From the IMG/VR virus record IMGVR_UViG_3300033056_000008, positions 114,471-178,470 of that record: a stretch of 64,000 nt of DNA; one strand, 5' to 3'. The position numbers and the translations under genes were made by a program. The notes under the pieces are model-generated. The model saw nothing but the letters and a program-made list of their open reading frames with translations, had not been told where the DNA came from and did no database searches. The DNA comes from a virus. Each line of letters opens with the position of its first letter. Position 1 is the stretch's first letter. This document shows positions 1 to 9,385 of the stretch, piece by piece.

Positions 1-84
1 ATATTAATCTCCTTCTTCCTTTTAATTTAGTATAATTGATATGATTACCTAATAAACAAACTCAAATCATGTTTTCATAAATTC

Positions 85-113
85 ATTATATTAATTTATT
101 TTTATTTAATCAA
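85..113 (-). promoter_or_regulatory. sigmaA promoter with an AAAATAAATTAA motif inside the spacer
   Basis: minus strand TTGATT-17 bp-TATAAT; spacer reads aaataaaaataaattaa. Confidence 0.7.
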
Positions 114-198
114 GATGCATTAAATATGATTTATGGTATTTATTTTCAAAGTCTAACTTTAAATTGTATAATTATATAACGCTGATATTGAAAGGAAT

Positions 199-576
199 AT
201 GAATATGGTTGCTTTAAAAGATAGACTTAAGGAACTAAGAAAAAAGAATAATCTCACTCAAAGTAATGTGGCTGCATTTTTAGGTATCTCTGAAGCTGCA
301 TATGGTTATTATGAGCAAGGAAGAAATGAACCTTCTCTTTCTAATTTAAAGAAACTTGCTGATAAATATAAGGTTTCTATTTCCTATTTGATTGGCGAGT
401 CTAATGAAAGTACAATTAACGAGATAGATAAGCTAATTAAATATATAGGAGTAAATAATTCTAGTTTATTTAATGTGGAACAATGGAAAAAGTTAAATTT
501 ACAAGACATAATCGAGTTAGAAAACCACTTTGAATGGGTTGTTCAAAAGGCTATGAGAAGACAGGATACCGAGTAA
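199..576 (+). CDS. XRE-family HTH transcriptional regulator
   Basis: RLKELRKKNNLTQSNVAAFLGISEAAYGYYEQGRNEPS is a classic HTH_3 pattern. Confidence 0.9.
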   Translation: MNMVALKDRLKELRKKNNLTQSNVAAFLGISEAAYGYYEQGRNEPSLSNLKKLADKYKVSISYLIGESNESTINEIDKLIKYIGVNNSSLFNVEQWKKLNLQDIIELENHFEWVVQKAMRRQDTE

Positions 577-1120
577 TAATTATTCAGGTGTCTTTTTTAG
601 TTCCTTAATGATTTTGTCATAATCCACATATTCATTTTGACATGCACCTATACCAAACAATCTTCGCAGACAGTATCCATCGTAGTTCAGTATAGGTCTA
701 ACTCGACACAGTGCTATTCTTGTTCACAGATTTCACATTTCAAAGTGGTTAACCTCCTATTAATTATCACGTATTAGTTTTAAAATGTCATCAATATCCT
801 TCTCTTCGATGTAACATGTTTTGGCTCTTTCACAAATGAATTCTATTTTCTGTATTGTTCTTATCAGATCATCTATTGTTTTGAGCATTTTCATTTCATT
901 ATCAGTCATGTACATTATTCTTCTCTCTAATCAAATCTAACATTATCTTTCATTCTCCAAACTTCTCTACCGTTGTATATGTTTCTAAGTTTGTATTTCA
1001 ATAAATTCTCACCTATTATTTTGCCATGAGATAAAGAGACTGTTCTAGGCTTATCTTTGCCTCTGTAATGATAAGTTTCATAGTATACTAACTTGTTAAT
1101 ATTCAATTAAAACACTCCTT

Positions 1121-1897
1121 TTATGACAAACAAACTTTAACTATTTGTTGTAATTCTTCCGGCGATCCATTCAATTTATCTAATGTAATCTCTCTATAAT
1201 CATAATCTTTAATTTTCTCTTCTTTATAATCAAGAAGCCATAAAAACTGCTTATTACTCCATTCAGTTAAAAATTCAAGGTGTTCTCCAATTTGTTCAAT
1301 TCTATTAATTAAACCTTCTCTAATGTCATAGCTAAATTCTATTCCATGTTCAATATTTGCATAAGCTCCGTGAGAACATCTGTCTAATGAATCAATACCT
1401 TTTCTAAGTGTATCAGTCATGATAATTTGATCCCATGAATCTCCCCATCTATTAGTCTTTGTTTCATAACTAATTTCCTCTTTAGACTTAACTTGACCAT
1501 ATAAAGTACCACCGTTAACACTTGTTTTATTACCCCAGCTTGTAGCCCATAGAACTAATCCTTTTGTTGGATGATAATACAATATAGCCTCTTCTTTGTT
1601 ACTCTCTCCATATGCGTTGTAGTCAAATTCATACTGTAATCCTTTAACAAAGCCGTAATTAGTGATTATATTCAGCAACTCGTTCCAGCTCATCGAAAAG
1701 TAAGTATCTCCTAGTTGTTTAAGGTATTGAGCTTTTGATTTGTTTACCATTGCAGCATACCCCAGTGAAAGTACGCTGTCATCATTGTTAAACTCTGAAT
1801 GGTGTTTACCTAATACTTTTTCAACTTCAGCTAGTGGATCATGATTTAATGTTCTGCTCACCTTTGAATCAATAATTGTTTTCTTCATAAATAACAA
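1121..1897 (-). CDS. hypothetical phage protein
   Basis: 258-aa ORF, SD AAGGGAG upstream, in minus-strand early cluster. Confidence 0.75.
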   Translation of the reverse strand: MLFMKKTIIDSKVSRTLNHDPLAEVEKVLGKHHSEFNNDDSVLSLGYAAMVNKSKAQYLKQLGDTYFSMSWNELLNIITNYGFVKGLQYEFDYNAYGESNKEEAILYYHPTKGLVLWATSWGNKTSVNGGTLYGQVKSKEEISYETKTNRWGDSWDQIIMTDTLRKGIDSLDRCSHGAYANIEHGIEFSYDIREGLINRIEQIGEHLEFLTEWSNKQFLWLLDYKEEKIKDYDYREITLDKLNGSPEELQQIVKVCLS

Positions 1898-1917
1898 CTC
1901 CCTTTTAATAATTTATT

Positions 1918-2091
1918 TTATGTAAGTATTTCAACTGAACTTTTAGGAATGTAGTCCATTACCCCATCATCATAGTAAATTACATAGTCATGTTTATCGC
2001 TATCTAACTCTGTCACCTCAACAATGTCACCTTTCAGATAATAGTAGTCATTGAAGGCATAATAACAGTTATTTACTACTAAAGCTTTCAT
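1918..2091 (-). CDS. small hypothetical protein (57 aa, not in ORF track)
   Basis: MKALVVNNCYYAFNDYYYLKGDIVEV... read by hand; SD AAAGGG upstream. Confidence 0.55.
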   Translation of the reverse strand: MKALVVNNCYYAFNDYYYLKGDIVEVTELDSDKHDYVIYYDDGVMDYIPKSSVEILT

Positions 2092-2133
2092 ATCCCAAGA
2101 CCCTTTCTAATTTAGAATAAGAGATTCATTTTA

Positions 2134-2523
2134 TTAGCTATCTTTTTCAATATCGAAATTACTCAATACAATTACTTTTGCCATCTTTTCTGCACACTTT
2201 TTACAAATTCCTGGTACTGCTGTATTACCCCACCATTCCTTTTCTCCGCAGAATACACATTTATATTCGGTCATAGCGCATCCGCCTGCTCCACTTCTTG
2301 AATGTTGAATCGCAGAAGTAAGTTTATTAATGTCATACTTTGATTGACTAATCTTAATCCTTTTACCTAATTCAACCATTAAATGGATTTGGTTGTCGCT
2401 ATCTAAATTTTTTACCTCATTCCATGACAACTTTCTTCCAAAAGTATCTTCTAACAATTTATTATAGATTTCCATATTACCCTTCTTTTTCTGTTGGATA
2501 CTCATTATACAAAAATCATCCAT
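2134..2523 (-). CDS. hypothetical protein with C-terminal zinc ribbon
   Basis: CVFC...CKKC pair. Confidence 0.65.
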   Translation of the reverse strand: MDDFCIMSIQQKKKGNMEIYNKLLEDTFGRKLSWNEVKNLDSDNQIHLMVELGKRIKISQSKYDINKLTSAIQHSRSGAGGCAMTEYKCVFCGEKEWWGNTAVPGICKKCAEKMAKVIVLSNFDIEKDS

Positions 2524-2588
2524 CTAATCACCCTATTCCGGATAAAACTATCCTATATTCAAATTTTAATTTAATTCAGATAAACTCC

Positions 2589-2855
2589 TTAATTTATTCT
2601 ACTGATCAAATGCGCCAATGTATTACCATCTGACAATCTTTCTATTCTATCTTTCGGCACTGAATGCACAATATCATCTTGCAAGAATCTCTCTGTAGAA
2701 GCTGTAACCATCTTTCCATCTTGGTATAATTGAAAATCTTCTACATCAAAAAATAATGTCACATTTCCATTTTCATCTGCTAATAACTCTATTGGATATC
2801 TAGAATTCTCTTTACATTTACGCTTATACTCATCCAGCATTTTTATAAAATCCAT
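2589..2855 (-). CDS. hypothetical phage protein
   Basis: SD AAGGAG, abuts the upstream lipoprotein gene. Confidence 0.65.
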   Translation of the reverse strand: MDFIKMLDEYKRKCKENSRYPIELLADENGNVTLFFDVEDFQLYQDGKMVTASTERFLQDDIVHSVPKDRIERLSDGNTLAHLISRIN

Positions 2856-2867
2856 ATGCTCATCTCC

Positions 2868-3269
2868 TTATTTTCCTTTACTTGTCTGTAAATCTATATC
2901 TGGAATAATTTCCTCTGGTCTAAACAAAACTTTATAATGGTAAGCATCCTCATACTTAGCATCTGTTTGTTCTACAAAGTAGCTCACGTTATCACTCAAA
3001 CCTAGATAATGCTTCTTATATTGGTCTTCTCCAACCTTACAAGTTACTGTTAACTTCTTGTCACTATCGGTGTTAAGTGCACACAGTCCATTAATAGTAA
3101 GTAGGTATTTATCTGTAATCCCATTAAAGAATACTATTTGTCTTTGGACTTGGAATGAATCTGCTGACTTAGATAGGTTTTCTGAAACTGTATCTGCTTC
3201 TGTTGTACAACCTGCTAAACCTGTCACTGCGATAATGGATAGTAAGCCTGTTTTGAATAATTTTTTCAT
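2868..3269 (-). CDS. phage lipoprotein
   Basis: signal peptide MKKLFKTGLLSIIAVTG with lipobox LAGC; SD AAGGGGAG. Confidence 0.8.
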   Translation of the reverse strand: MKKLFKTGLLSIIAVTGLAGCTTEADTVSENLSKSADSFQVQRQIVFFNGITDKYLLTINGLCALNTDSDKKLTVTCKVGEDQYKKHYLGLSDNVSYFVEQTDAKYEDAYHYKVLFRPEEIIPDIDLQTSKGK

Positions 3270-3296
3270 ATGTATTTCTCCCCTTAATTATTTAAT

Positions 3297-3554
3297 TTAT
3301 TTTTCGTTAACAATATCAGCGATCATCATAACAAAGTTAGCGACATCTGCAGCTTCTTTTATTATTTCTTCACTGGTACCTTCCCCTTGCTTATGTAAAT
3401 CTATAGCTTCAAGCAATTCTATTATTTCATCTTGTACTCTGGTAAACAACCAATCTATATCACAGTCATTCCAGTGACCTTTTGCGTCATGATGTTTTAA
3501 TTTATTTTCCATTTGTTCAGCAAACCATTGGACTTCTGGTCTTATGGTAGTCAT
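3297..3554 (-). CDS. MazG-like all-alpha NTP pyrophosphohydrolase
   Basis: DEIIELLEA...IIKEAADVANF motif; ATG at 3554 follows SD AAGGAGG (track start 3602 is too far upstream). Confidence 0.65.
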   Translation of the reverse strand: MTTIRPEVQWFAEQMENKLKHHDAKGHWNDCDIDWLFTRVQDEIIELLEAIDLHKQGEGTSEEIIKEAADVANFVMMIADIVNEK

Positions 3555-3703
3555 CGAGTACCTCCTTTTTATATAATATTTAATACTTAAAGAATAACAC
3601 ATTCCGTCGAGTAAGTATATTATTTAATTAATTTATTTTAATAATATTTTGTGTAGGAAGCGACCGGTGAAAGCTGCTTCCCTGGTGTATAGTGGCAATA
3701 ATA

Positions 3704-3919
3704 TTATCTATTCATTCTTTTGTCACATAAGTAACACATGTCACATGGATCATTACTTTCCCCACAATATGTACATGATTCAAGTTTTATATAACTTCTA
3801 ATTTTATAACAGTTATATAAATAGAAATCCCTAAGTTTATCTTTCACTTTCTTCTTTTCTTTAACGTGATATATAGTCATATTACACACTTCTCTCATAG
3901 AAATTTTAATATTAGTCAA
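3704..3919 (-). CDS. small Cys-rich hypothetical protein
   Basis: CTYC...CDMCYLC; real start probably ATG 3880. Confidence 0.45.
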   Translation of the reverse strand: MTNIKISMREVCNMTIYHVKEKKKVKDKLRDFYLYNCYKIRSYIKLESCTYCGESNDPCDMCYLCDKRMNR

Positions 3920-3946
3920 TTTACGAAATCATTCCTTGATAATTTT

Positions 3947-4132
3947 CTAATCCTTTACTTCTTCATCATAATCTTTAAAAATAGAACTAACAAGAGATGT
4001 AGCAGCTTGCATTTCCTCTAAGCTTTTTGTTGATTTGTTATTTATGAAATCATTTACTTTGATTATTAATGTATCGATAATATCTTTCTCATATTCATTT
4101 ATTTCATATGTTACGACTATGTTCTTTTTCAT
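3947..4132 (-). CDS. small hypothetical protein
   Basis: SD AAGGAG upstream of ATG. Confidence 0.6.
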   Translation of the reverse strand: MKKNIVVTYEINEYEKDIIDTLIIKVNDFINNKSTKSLEEMQAATSLVSSIFKDYDEEVKD

Positions 4133-4266
4133 TTTTTATATCTCCTTAATATACGAATATTTACATGAAGAAAAAGTGGGCTTCTTTTTCTGAATGAAGC
4201 CAAGGAGCTTTCGAATGAAAGCGGGCTGGCAAGGCTGATATCTTACCTTTATTGATTAAATTTATA

Positions 4267-4494
4267 ATTTTGAACCATTTAACTCCCATATAATATAATA
4301 CTCTTTTAGGGTGTTTAATTGTTTCAAAATTGAGTTGTAAAAGTTGTCACCAATTTGTTTACCATTATAGTAAGTAGGACATTTTAAAATCTATATATTT
4401 ACACTTAACGATTAATTTATTTTAAATTTTGAACATTTTTGATTGGGATATTAATAAAGTAATATATAAATAATATCCCACTTTAAAATGTTCA
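4267..4494. repeat. two imperfect inverted repeats with AT-rich loops
   Basis: 4267-4330 ATTTTGAACCATTTAACTCCC / GGGTGTTTAATTGTTTCAAAAT; 4430-4494 24-bp arms TGAACATTTT....TGGGATATTA with 3 mismatches. Confidence 0.6.
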
Positions 4495-4499
4495 TATTT

Positions 4500-5636
4500 T
4501 TATATTTTAACCTGTTTGATATCATTACGTATGTCCTCAGCTTTAGAATTTATAAGTGTATCAATTAGTTTATTGTGGTTGTTTAAGTAATCTTTATTGG
4601 ATCTAACATTTAATAATGACTTATTTTTAATCTTACTGATGTATTCTTCATCTGTAGCTTTTTCAAACCTCTTTACTCCATTTGTATTTAACCTTTCCAT
4701 AATAGCATTATTGAGTAGTTGTTGTTCCTTTTGCTTTAATTCCTTTTCAAGTTGTAAGTTGAGAATATTAACAGCTTGTTGCTTAACATAGTCTTCGTTA
4801 AAGCTAATATCATATGAATAATAAAAGTATGCGATATTAGAACGTTTATGAACTTCCCTCTTCACCTTTTCATAAAACTCTTTTTCTTTCCTGTGCACAA
4901 AGATATCTCGTTCGTTTTGTAATCCTAATTCTAATAAGACTGATCGTTGAACATCCCTAATTAAATCTTGTTCAGTTGGAGTTGCTTCCCTATGAGTTAC
5001 TACAATATCCTTTTGTTGAACAGTGTATAACTCTTCACCCTCAGACTCTTCATCAGCATGTATTGATGTTACTACCTCATTCATTTCGTTTACCTCTAAG
5101 CCTGAATCAACATGACATACTGTTAAGGATTTATTCCATGTAATTAGAAATTGCTTAGTTAAACTTTCTAAAGCTTTCTCTAGATTGCGTTCAAGCATAC
5201 GGTCTGTAGTATCATAGAAATCCATTATTTGATTCTTAGTTATCTTCATAAAGCTGGATAGTTTATTAGGCTTTCGTCTACCGTATGCATAGTTTTCGTT
5301 AATCATTTTTAACCCTTTAAGGAAAGCATTCCTGGATATGTATAGTCTACCTTCATCTTGTAAGGAAGCTAACCAATCAATAATTAAATGTTCAGTATGT
5401 GTAATGTATAAAGCTACATTGTTGCCTCCGTTTCTGTTGTCTACCTTTGGTGTTGGAGCTGAATATATTTCTGTGATGACGAATGCATGACCTTCCTTTT
5501 TGTAGTTGAAGAAACGTTCCCATTCTTTAATTTGTGACTTCTTAGAGTTACCCGCTTTAGGTTTCTGTTCCAAAGCTTCACAGAGTGATTTATAATTTTT
5601 ATATATCTGACCAACTTCTATACGTTTAATGTTCAT
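4500..5636 (-). CDS. hypothetical DNA-binding protein, possible replication initiator
   Basis: 378 aa, basic N-terminus, SD GGAGG; followed by inverted-repeat block; function inferred only. Confidence 0.6.
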   Translation of the reverse strand: MNIKRIEVGQIYKNYKSLCEALEQKPKAGNSKKSQIKEWERFFNYKKEGHAFVITEIYSAPTPKVDNRNGGNNVALYITHTEHLIIDWLASLQDEGRLYISRNAFLKGLKMINENYAYGRRKPNKLSSFMKITKNQIMDFYDTTDRMLERNLEKALESLTKQFLITWNKSLTVCHVDSGLEVNEMNEVVTSIHADEESEGEELYTVQQKDIVVTHREATPTEQDLIRDVQRSVLLELGLQNERDIFVHRKEKEFYEKVKREVHKRSNIAYFYYSYDISFNEDYVKQQAVNILNLQLEKELKQKEQQLLNNAIMERLNTNGVKRFEKATDEEYISKIKNKSLLNVRSNKDYLNNHNKLIDTLINSKAEDIRNDIKQVKI

Positions 5637-5654
5637 TAATTAATTTATTCCTCC

Positions 5655-6080
5655 TTAAAGTGCTTCCCTCTCCAACACTTCAACCTTTTCTATGTCATCA
5701 TGAAAGAATGTAATCATAACTTTGTCACCTTTTGAGTAGTTACCATCAATAAGAATAGTGTCAGATGAGTCATAGTTGTTTACTGCTGTGAAGTGTTTGT
5801 CATCGTTTGTTTTACTTATTACAGTTGCTATGATTGTTTGACGTTCTGAGTCATTGTCCTTTACTACTTTGAATTCATTCTCTGTGATGATGTCAGGTTC
5901 GTCAGTTGGTTTATCTGTGTTAATGCCTGCTTGCTTAAGTGTGTCTTCTATTGGTGCATTAGATACTTCAGATGATTGTTTTTGTGTTAACGGAATGATA
6001 AGTGTTGCTGATATAACCATTGCTGCAATTAAGAATAAAAGAATTGCTATCATTAGGTAAGGTGATACTTTAGTATTCAT
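5655..6080 (-). CDS. membrane-anchored hypothetical protein
   Basis: N-terminal TM helix YLMIAILLFLIAAMVISATLIIPL, beta-rich C-terminus. Confidence 0.7.
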   Translation of the reverse strand: MNTKVSPYLMIAILLFLIAAMVISATLIIPLTQKQSSEVSNAPIEDTLKQAGINTDKPTDEPDIITENEFKVVKDNDSERQTIIATVISKTNDDKHFTAVNNYDSSDTILIDGNYSKGDKVMITFFHDDIEKVEVLEREAL

Positions 6081-6128
6081 ACAGAAAGTCCCCTTTTAAT
6101 TAATTTATTTTTTTGATTATTAAATAGC

Positions 6129-6344
6129 TTACTTAGTCTTCAATAACTGACGTGTGATGATGTGCTTCTTGAGGAATAGTCTATCCTTATCCATTACCTT
6201 GACTGGTGTTAGCTCATGAGTATCAACTAAACGTTTAATGTTCTGTCGTGTGCATCCAAGCATCTCTGCTGCTTCCTTAGTGTTGACTATCTCATTATGT
6301 ATGAATTGGATTAGCTCGTTGTCGTTGTTGTTGATCAGATTCAA
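6129..6344 (-). CDS. HTH_17 / excisionase-like DNA-binding protein
   Basis: IVNTKEAAEMLGCTRQNIKRLVDTHELTPVK. Confidence 0.75.
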   Translation of the reverse strand: MNLINNNDNELIQFIHNEIVNTKEAAEMLGCTRQNIKRLVDTHELTPVKVMDKDRLFLKKHIITRQLLKTK

Positions 6345-6372
6345 TTATCTTCACCTCTCTTTCTATATACTA

Positions 6373-6421
6373 ATTATACTATATTTGTTTACGTATGTAA
6401 ATTATTTAATTAATTTATTTT
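6373..6421 (-). promoter_or_regulatory. sigmaA promoter with upstream 15-mer motif
   Basis: TTTACA(6401-6396)-17-TATAAT(6378-6373); perfect AAAATAAATTAATTA at 6421-6407. Confidence 0.7.
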
Positions 6422-6684
6422 AAATATAATCGGAGATGAGAGTGGATAAGGATGATGAGATGGAAAGTGAGTGAGTTAAACTGTGATACATATAATATAA
6501 CACATTGAAAAGTTGGCGCTTGTTATCGGCTCGATTTTATTCAAAAAAAAGAAAAATATACACTATATTCTAATTTTGAATTTTATACAGTTAACCCAGC
6601 AACGGATCACCTTCTCATGCGTACACGTACAGCAGCTCAATAGGATAAATATATAATTTACAATGATTACCAAAACCACGATGG

Positions 6685-7139
6685 AATGGTTATTCTATAG
6701 CGGTTTTTAGGTGTATTTTTACCCATTTTAGACAGGTAGACCGGGGGTTATTTAACATTTATTAGAAGAGTTATAATTGGAAATATTACCCTAACACTTC
6801 TACTCACACACCACAGTTATTTTTCCATTTCCGACTAAAAGTGTATCGAAAAGTGTATCGAACAACGTCGATAGAACCCTTGCCACATAAGGGTTTTCAC
6901 ATTCCCCACTTTACTCAATTTTACCGATTTTCCACCTAAAAACGGCTCAATCCCTTGATATGACTGGCTTATCCGATACTCCTCCTCTACTATCCATCAG
7001 TAACCAATCGAACACACCTCACAAACCCTTATATATCAAGCCTTCATCCTACTTTTTCACCCTATTTAAGTATACGTTTCGATACACCTACCATGGGGGC
7101 TATTTTAACACTATGTTAACCACTCAATTTTCCGATACC
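6685..7139. repeat. non-coding cluster of core-type (AACCCTT-N7-AAGGGTT-like) and arm-like (GTGTATCG) repeats
   Basis: perfect IR 6875-6895, variants at 6685, 6950, 7024; tandem AAAAGTGTATCG x2 at 6837-6860; inverted TTCGATACAC at 7078-7087. Confidence 0.6.
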
Positions 7140-7360
7140 TATATACGTTTATATTCGCTCATATTCCATACTCACAGTTGATTTTAATCATAAAACACAA
7201 CATATACTATAATTATCTTCCATTTACTCAATATTACACCTATATCTATTTTCGCTTTTCTCCATAATAAATAGGCAGCTCATTAAATGAACTACCTAAG
7301 TTTAATTATGTATGTATTTTCGCTTAATTTTTTAATTATTTTAATTAATTTATTTTACAT

Positions 7361-9148
7361 TTAAATGATATTCTCAAAATACTCTTCAATAAATTGAGAT
7401 CCATCTCCTATTTGACTTATATGTAGGTTCTTCTTAGCCCTAGAAACGCCAACATACCACAACCTTGCTTCTTCAGCTAATTCTGCTCTTTCGTGCGGTA
7501 ACTTCTTCTCTTCTACTCCAATTAAATATGTAGTATTCCACTCAAGTCCTTTGCTTGAATGCAGACTCATCAACTTCACACTATTCTTCTTAGGTTTCTT
7601 ACTTGTATTCGTACCATATACATAATTGATAAATTCTTCTATGTCATCCGTCTTAACAAATCTTTTTAACACATTCATGTTTTTTAATCGTTCATCAATT
7701 TCCTCTTTATCTACGTAACTATCATATATGTATTTCTGCAGTTTAAACAATTTGACTATACTTTCAATTAAACTCTTAATTCCTACTCCACGTTCCATCT
7801 GTAATCTTAACCTGTTAATATTCTGCTCAAATTGATTCTTCTTTTCGTAATGCCATTTAGCATCAAACTTATAATCAAGGAAGTTTTCATACAGAGATAA
7901 ACCATTCTTACCTGACTGTTCAATGACTTTGTTCAACACTTCATTTTTAAAGAACTTTAATGGATCATTACGTAATTTAAAAATTTGCTCAAATGCTCCA
8001 TTATCTAATGGGTTATGTATTAATCTTAAGTAACTCATTATTGCCATTATTTCTTTCCTTTTGAAGAATGAATCTGTAGAAGTAATTTCATAATCAATCC
8101 CTCTAGAACGTAATTCATTTTCGATATGTGCAGCGTGGATATTCATCCTATAAAGTACAGCAATCTCTTTTAATTCTTCTCCATCTTCAATCAACTTTTC
8201 AATCTTATCAGCAACCTCTAAAGCTTCACTATCTCGATCATCGTATGTATGTAATGTAATTTCTCCGTCAATTTCACTGTTTGGAATGGCATCTGTATAA
8301 TGTTCAAAATGACTAAAGTACGGTCTAATGAATTCATTCGCTGAATTAACTATATTCCTTGCTGAACGGTAATTAATGTCCAGGTGTAATATTGTAGCAT
8401 CCCAGTCCTTTTGGAAGTTCATTGCATATTCTATGTTACCTGCTCGAAAACTGTAGATGGATTGTCTAGGATCAAATACAACAAACACATTGCCAGACGG
8501 ACATAATAATTTAAGTAATTTATTTTGTAACAAGTTAGAGTCCTGATGTTCGTCAATAAGACAAAATTGGAAATCTGCTAACTCTGGCTTTTCCTTTAAC
8601 AACTTATAACACTCAAGCAAGAAATCATCAAAATCACATAGCTTCCGTTTCTTCTTAAAATTTTCATATGTAGTGTAAAATTCCCTTAGCTCTTCCTCTG
8701 TGTAGTTCACGCTTTCCCTATATACAAACTTATCTTCTGGTGATCTCATGTAATTTTTCTGGTAAGAAATGAAGCTTAGTATTTCTTGGACATTCACCTT
8801 TTGATTAATCCGCTTGAACTCATTCTCCACTTGCCAGTCTTTAATTAAATTCCTCGGATTAATATGACTTCCTGATTGAGCTAATATACGCATACATACA
8901 CTGTGGAATGTACCAACGTTAACTTCTCCTAATCCCATTTTAGACAATTTCTCTTTTAATTCCGTTGCTGTTTTGTTCGTAAAACTGACTGTAAGAATGG
9001 ATTCTTGCTCTTCATCATGTACCTCAACTAGTTTTTTCACTCTTTCCAACAGTACTCTGGATTTGCCACTACCTGCTGCAGCTATAACACCACAAGCTCC
9101 TTCAAAGAAGTCAACTGCTTTCTGTTGCTGATCATTTAATATTGCCAA
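7361..9148 (-). CDS. UvrD/PcrA-family SF1 DNA helicase
   Basis: AAAGSGKS Walker A, FTNK, TFHS, DEHQD, DPRQSIYSFR, NYRS, SLHSSKGLEW, EEARLWYVGVSRAK. Confidence 0.95.
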   Translation of the reverse strand: MAILNDQQQKAVDFFEGACGVIAAAGSGKSRVLLERVKKLVEVHDEEQESILTVSFTNKTATELKEKLSKMGLGEVNVGTFHSVCMRILAQSGSHINPRNLIKDWQVENEFKRINQKVNVQEILSFISYQKNYMRSPEDKFVYRESVNYTEEELREFYTTYENFKKKRKLCDFDDFLLECYKLLKEKPELADFQFCLIDEHQDSNLLQNKLLKLLCPSGNVFVVFDPRQSIYSFRAGNIEYAMNFQKDWDATILHLDINYRSARNIVNSANEFIRPYFSHFEHYTDAIPNSEIDGEITLHTYDDRDSEALEVADKIEKLIEDGEELKEIAVLYRMNIHAAHIENELRSRGIDYEITSTDSFFKRKEIMAIMSYLRLIHNPLDNGAFEQIFKLRNDPLKFFKNEVLNKVIEQSGKNGLSLYENFLDYKFDAKWHYEKKNQFEQNINRLRLQMERGVGIKSLIESIVKLFKLQKYIYDSYVDKEEIDERLKNMNVLKRFVKTDDIEEFINYVYGTNTSKKPKKNSVKLMSLHSSKGLEWNTTYLIGVEEKKLPHERAELAEEARLWYVGVSRAKKNLHISQIGDGSQFIEEYFENII

Positions 9149-9180
9149 TATAATTTACCCTCCTTGTATTTTATAGATTA

Positions 9181-9234
9181 ATAGTAATTTATTTTATATG
9201 AACATTCAACACTTAATTAAAAATAAATTAATTA
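9181..9234 (-). promoter_or_regulatory. sigmaA promoter of the helicase overlapped/flanked by two 15-mer motifs
   Basis: TTGAAT(9209-9204)-17-TACTAT(9186-9181); partial motif in spacer, inverted perfect copy at 9220-9234. Confidence 0.6.
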
Positions 9235-9385
9235 TATTATCAATAACTTCAACACTGCCTCTATATACCCTTTCACTTTCTATCCTTATACTCGTAAGGA
9301 CTTAGTATCTAAAACCATGTGATGAGCCTCTCAGATGCCTTAAAATAGATTCCGCCAACAAAGAAATAGAGTGACAGGTTCTCCA

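Noticed and set aside
6960-7181. 73-aa plus-strand ORF
   Set aside because: No SD, atypical composition, lies across the repeat cluster
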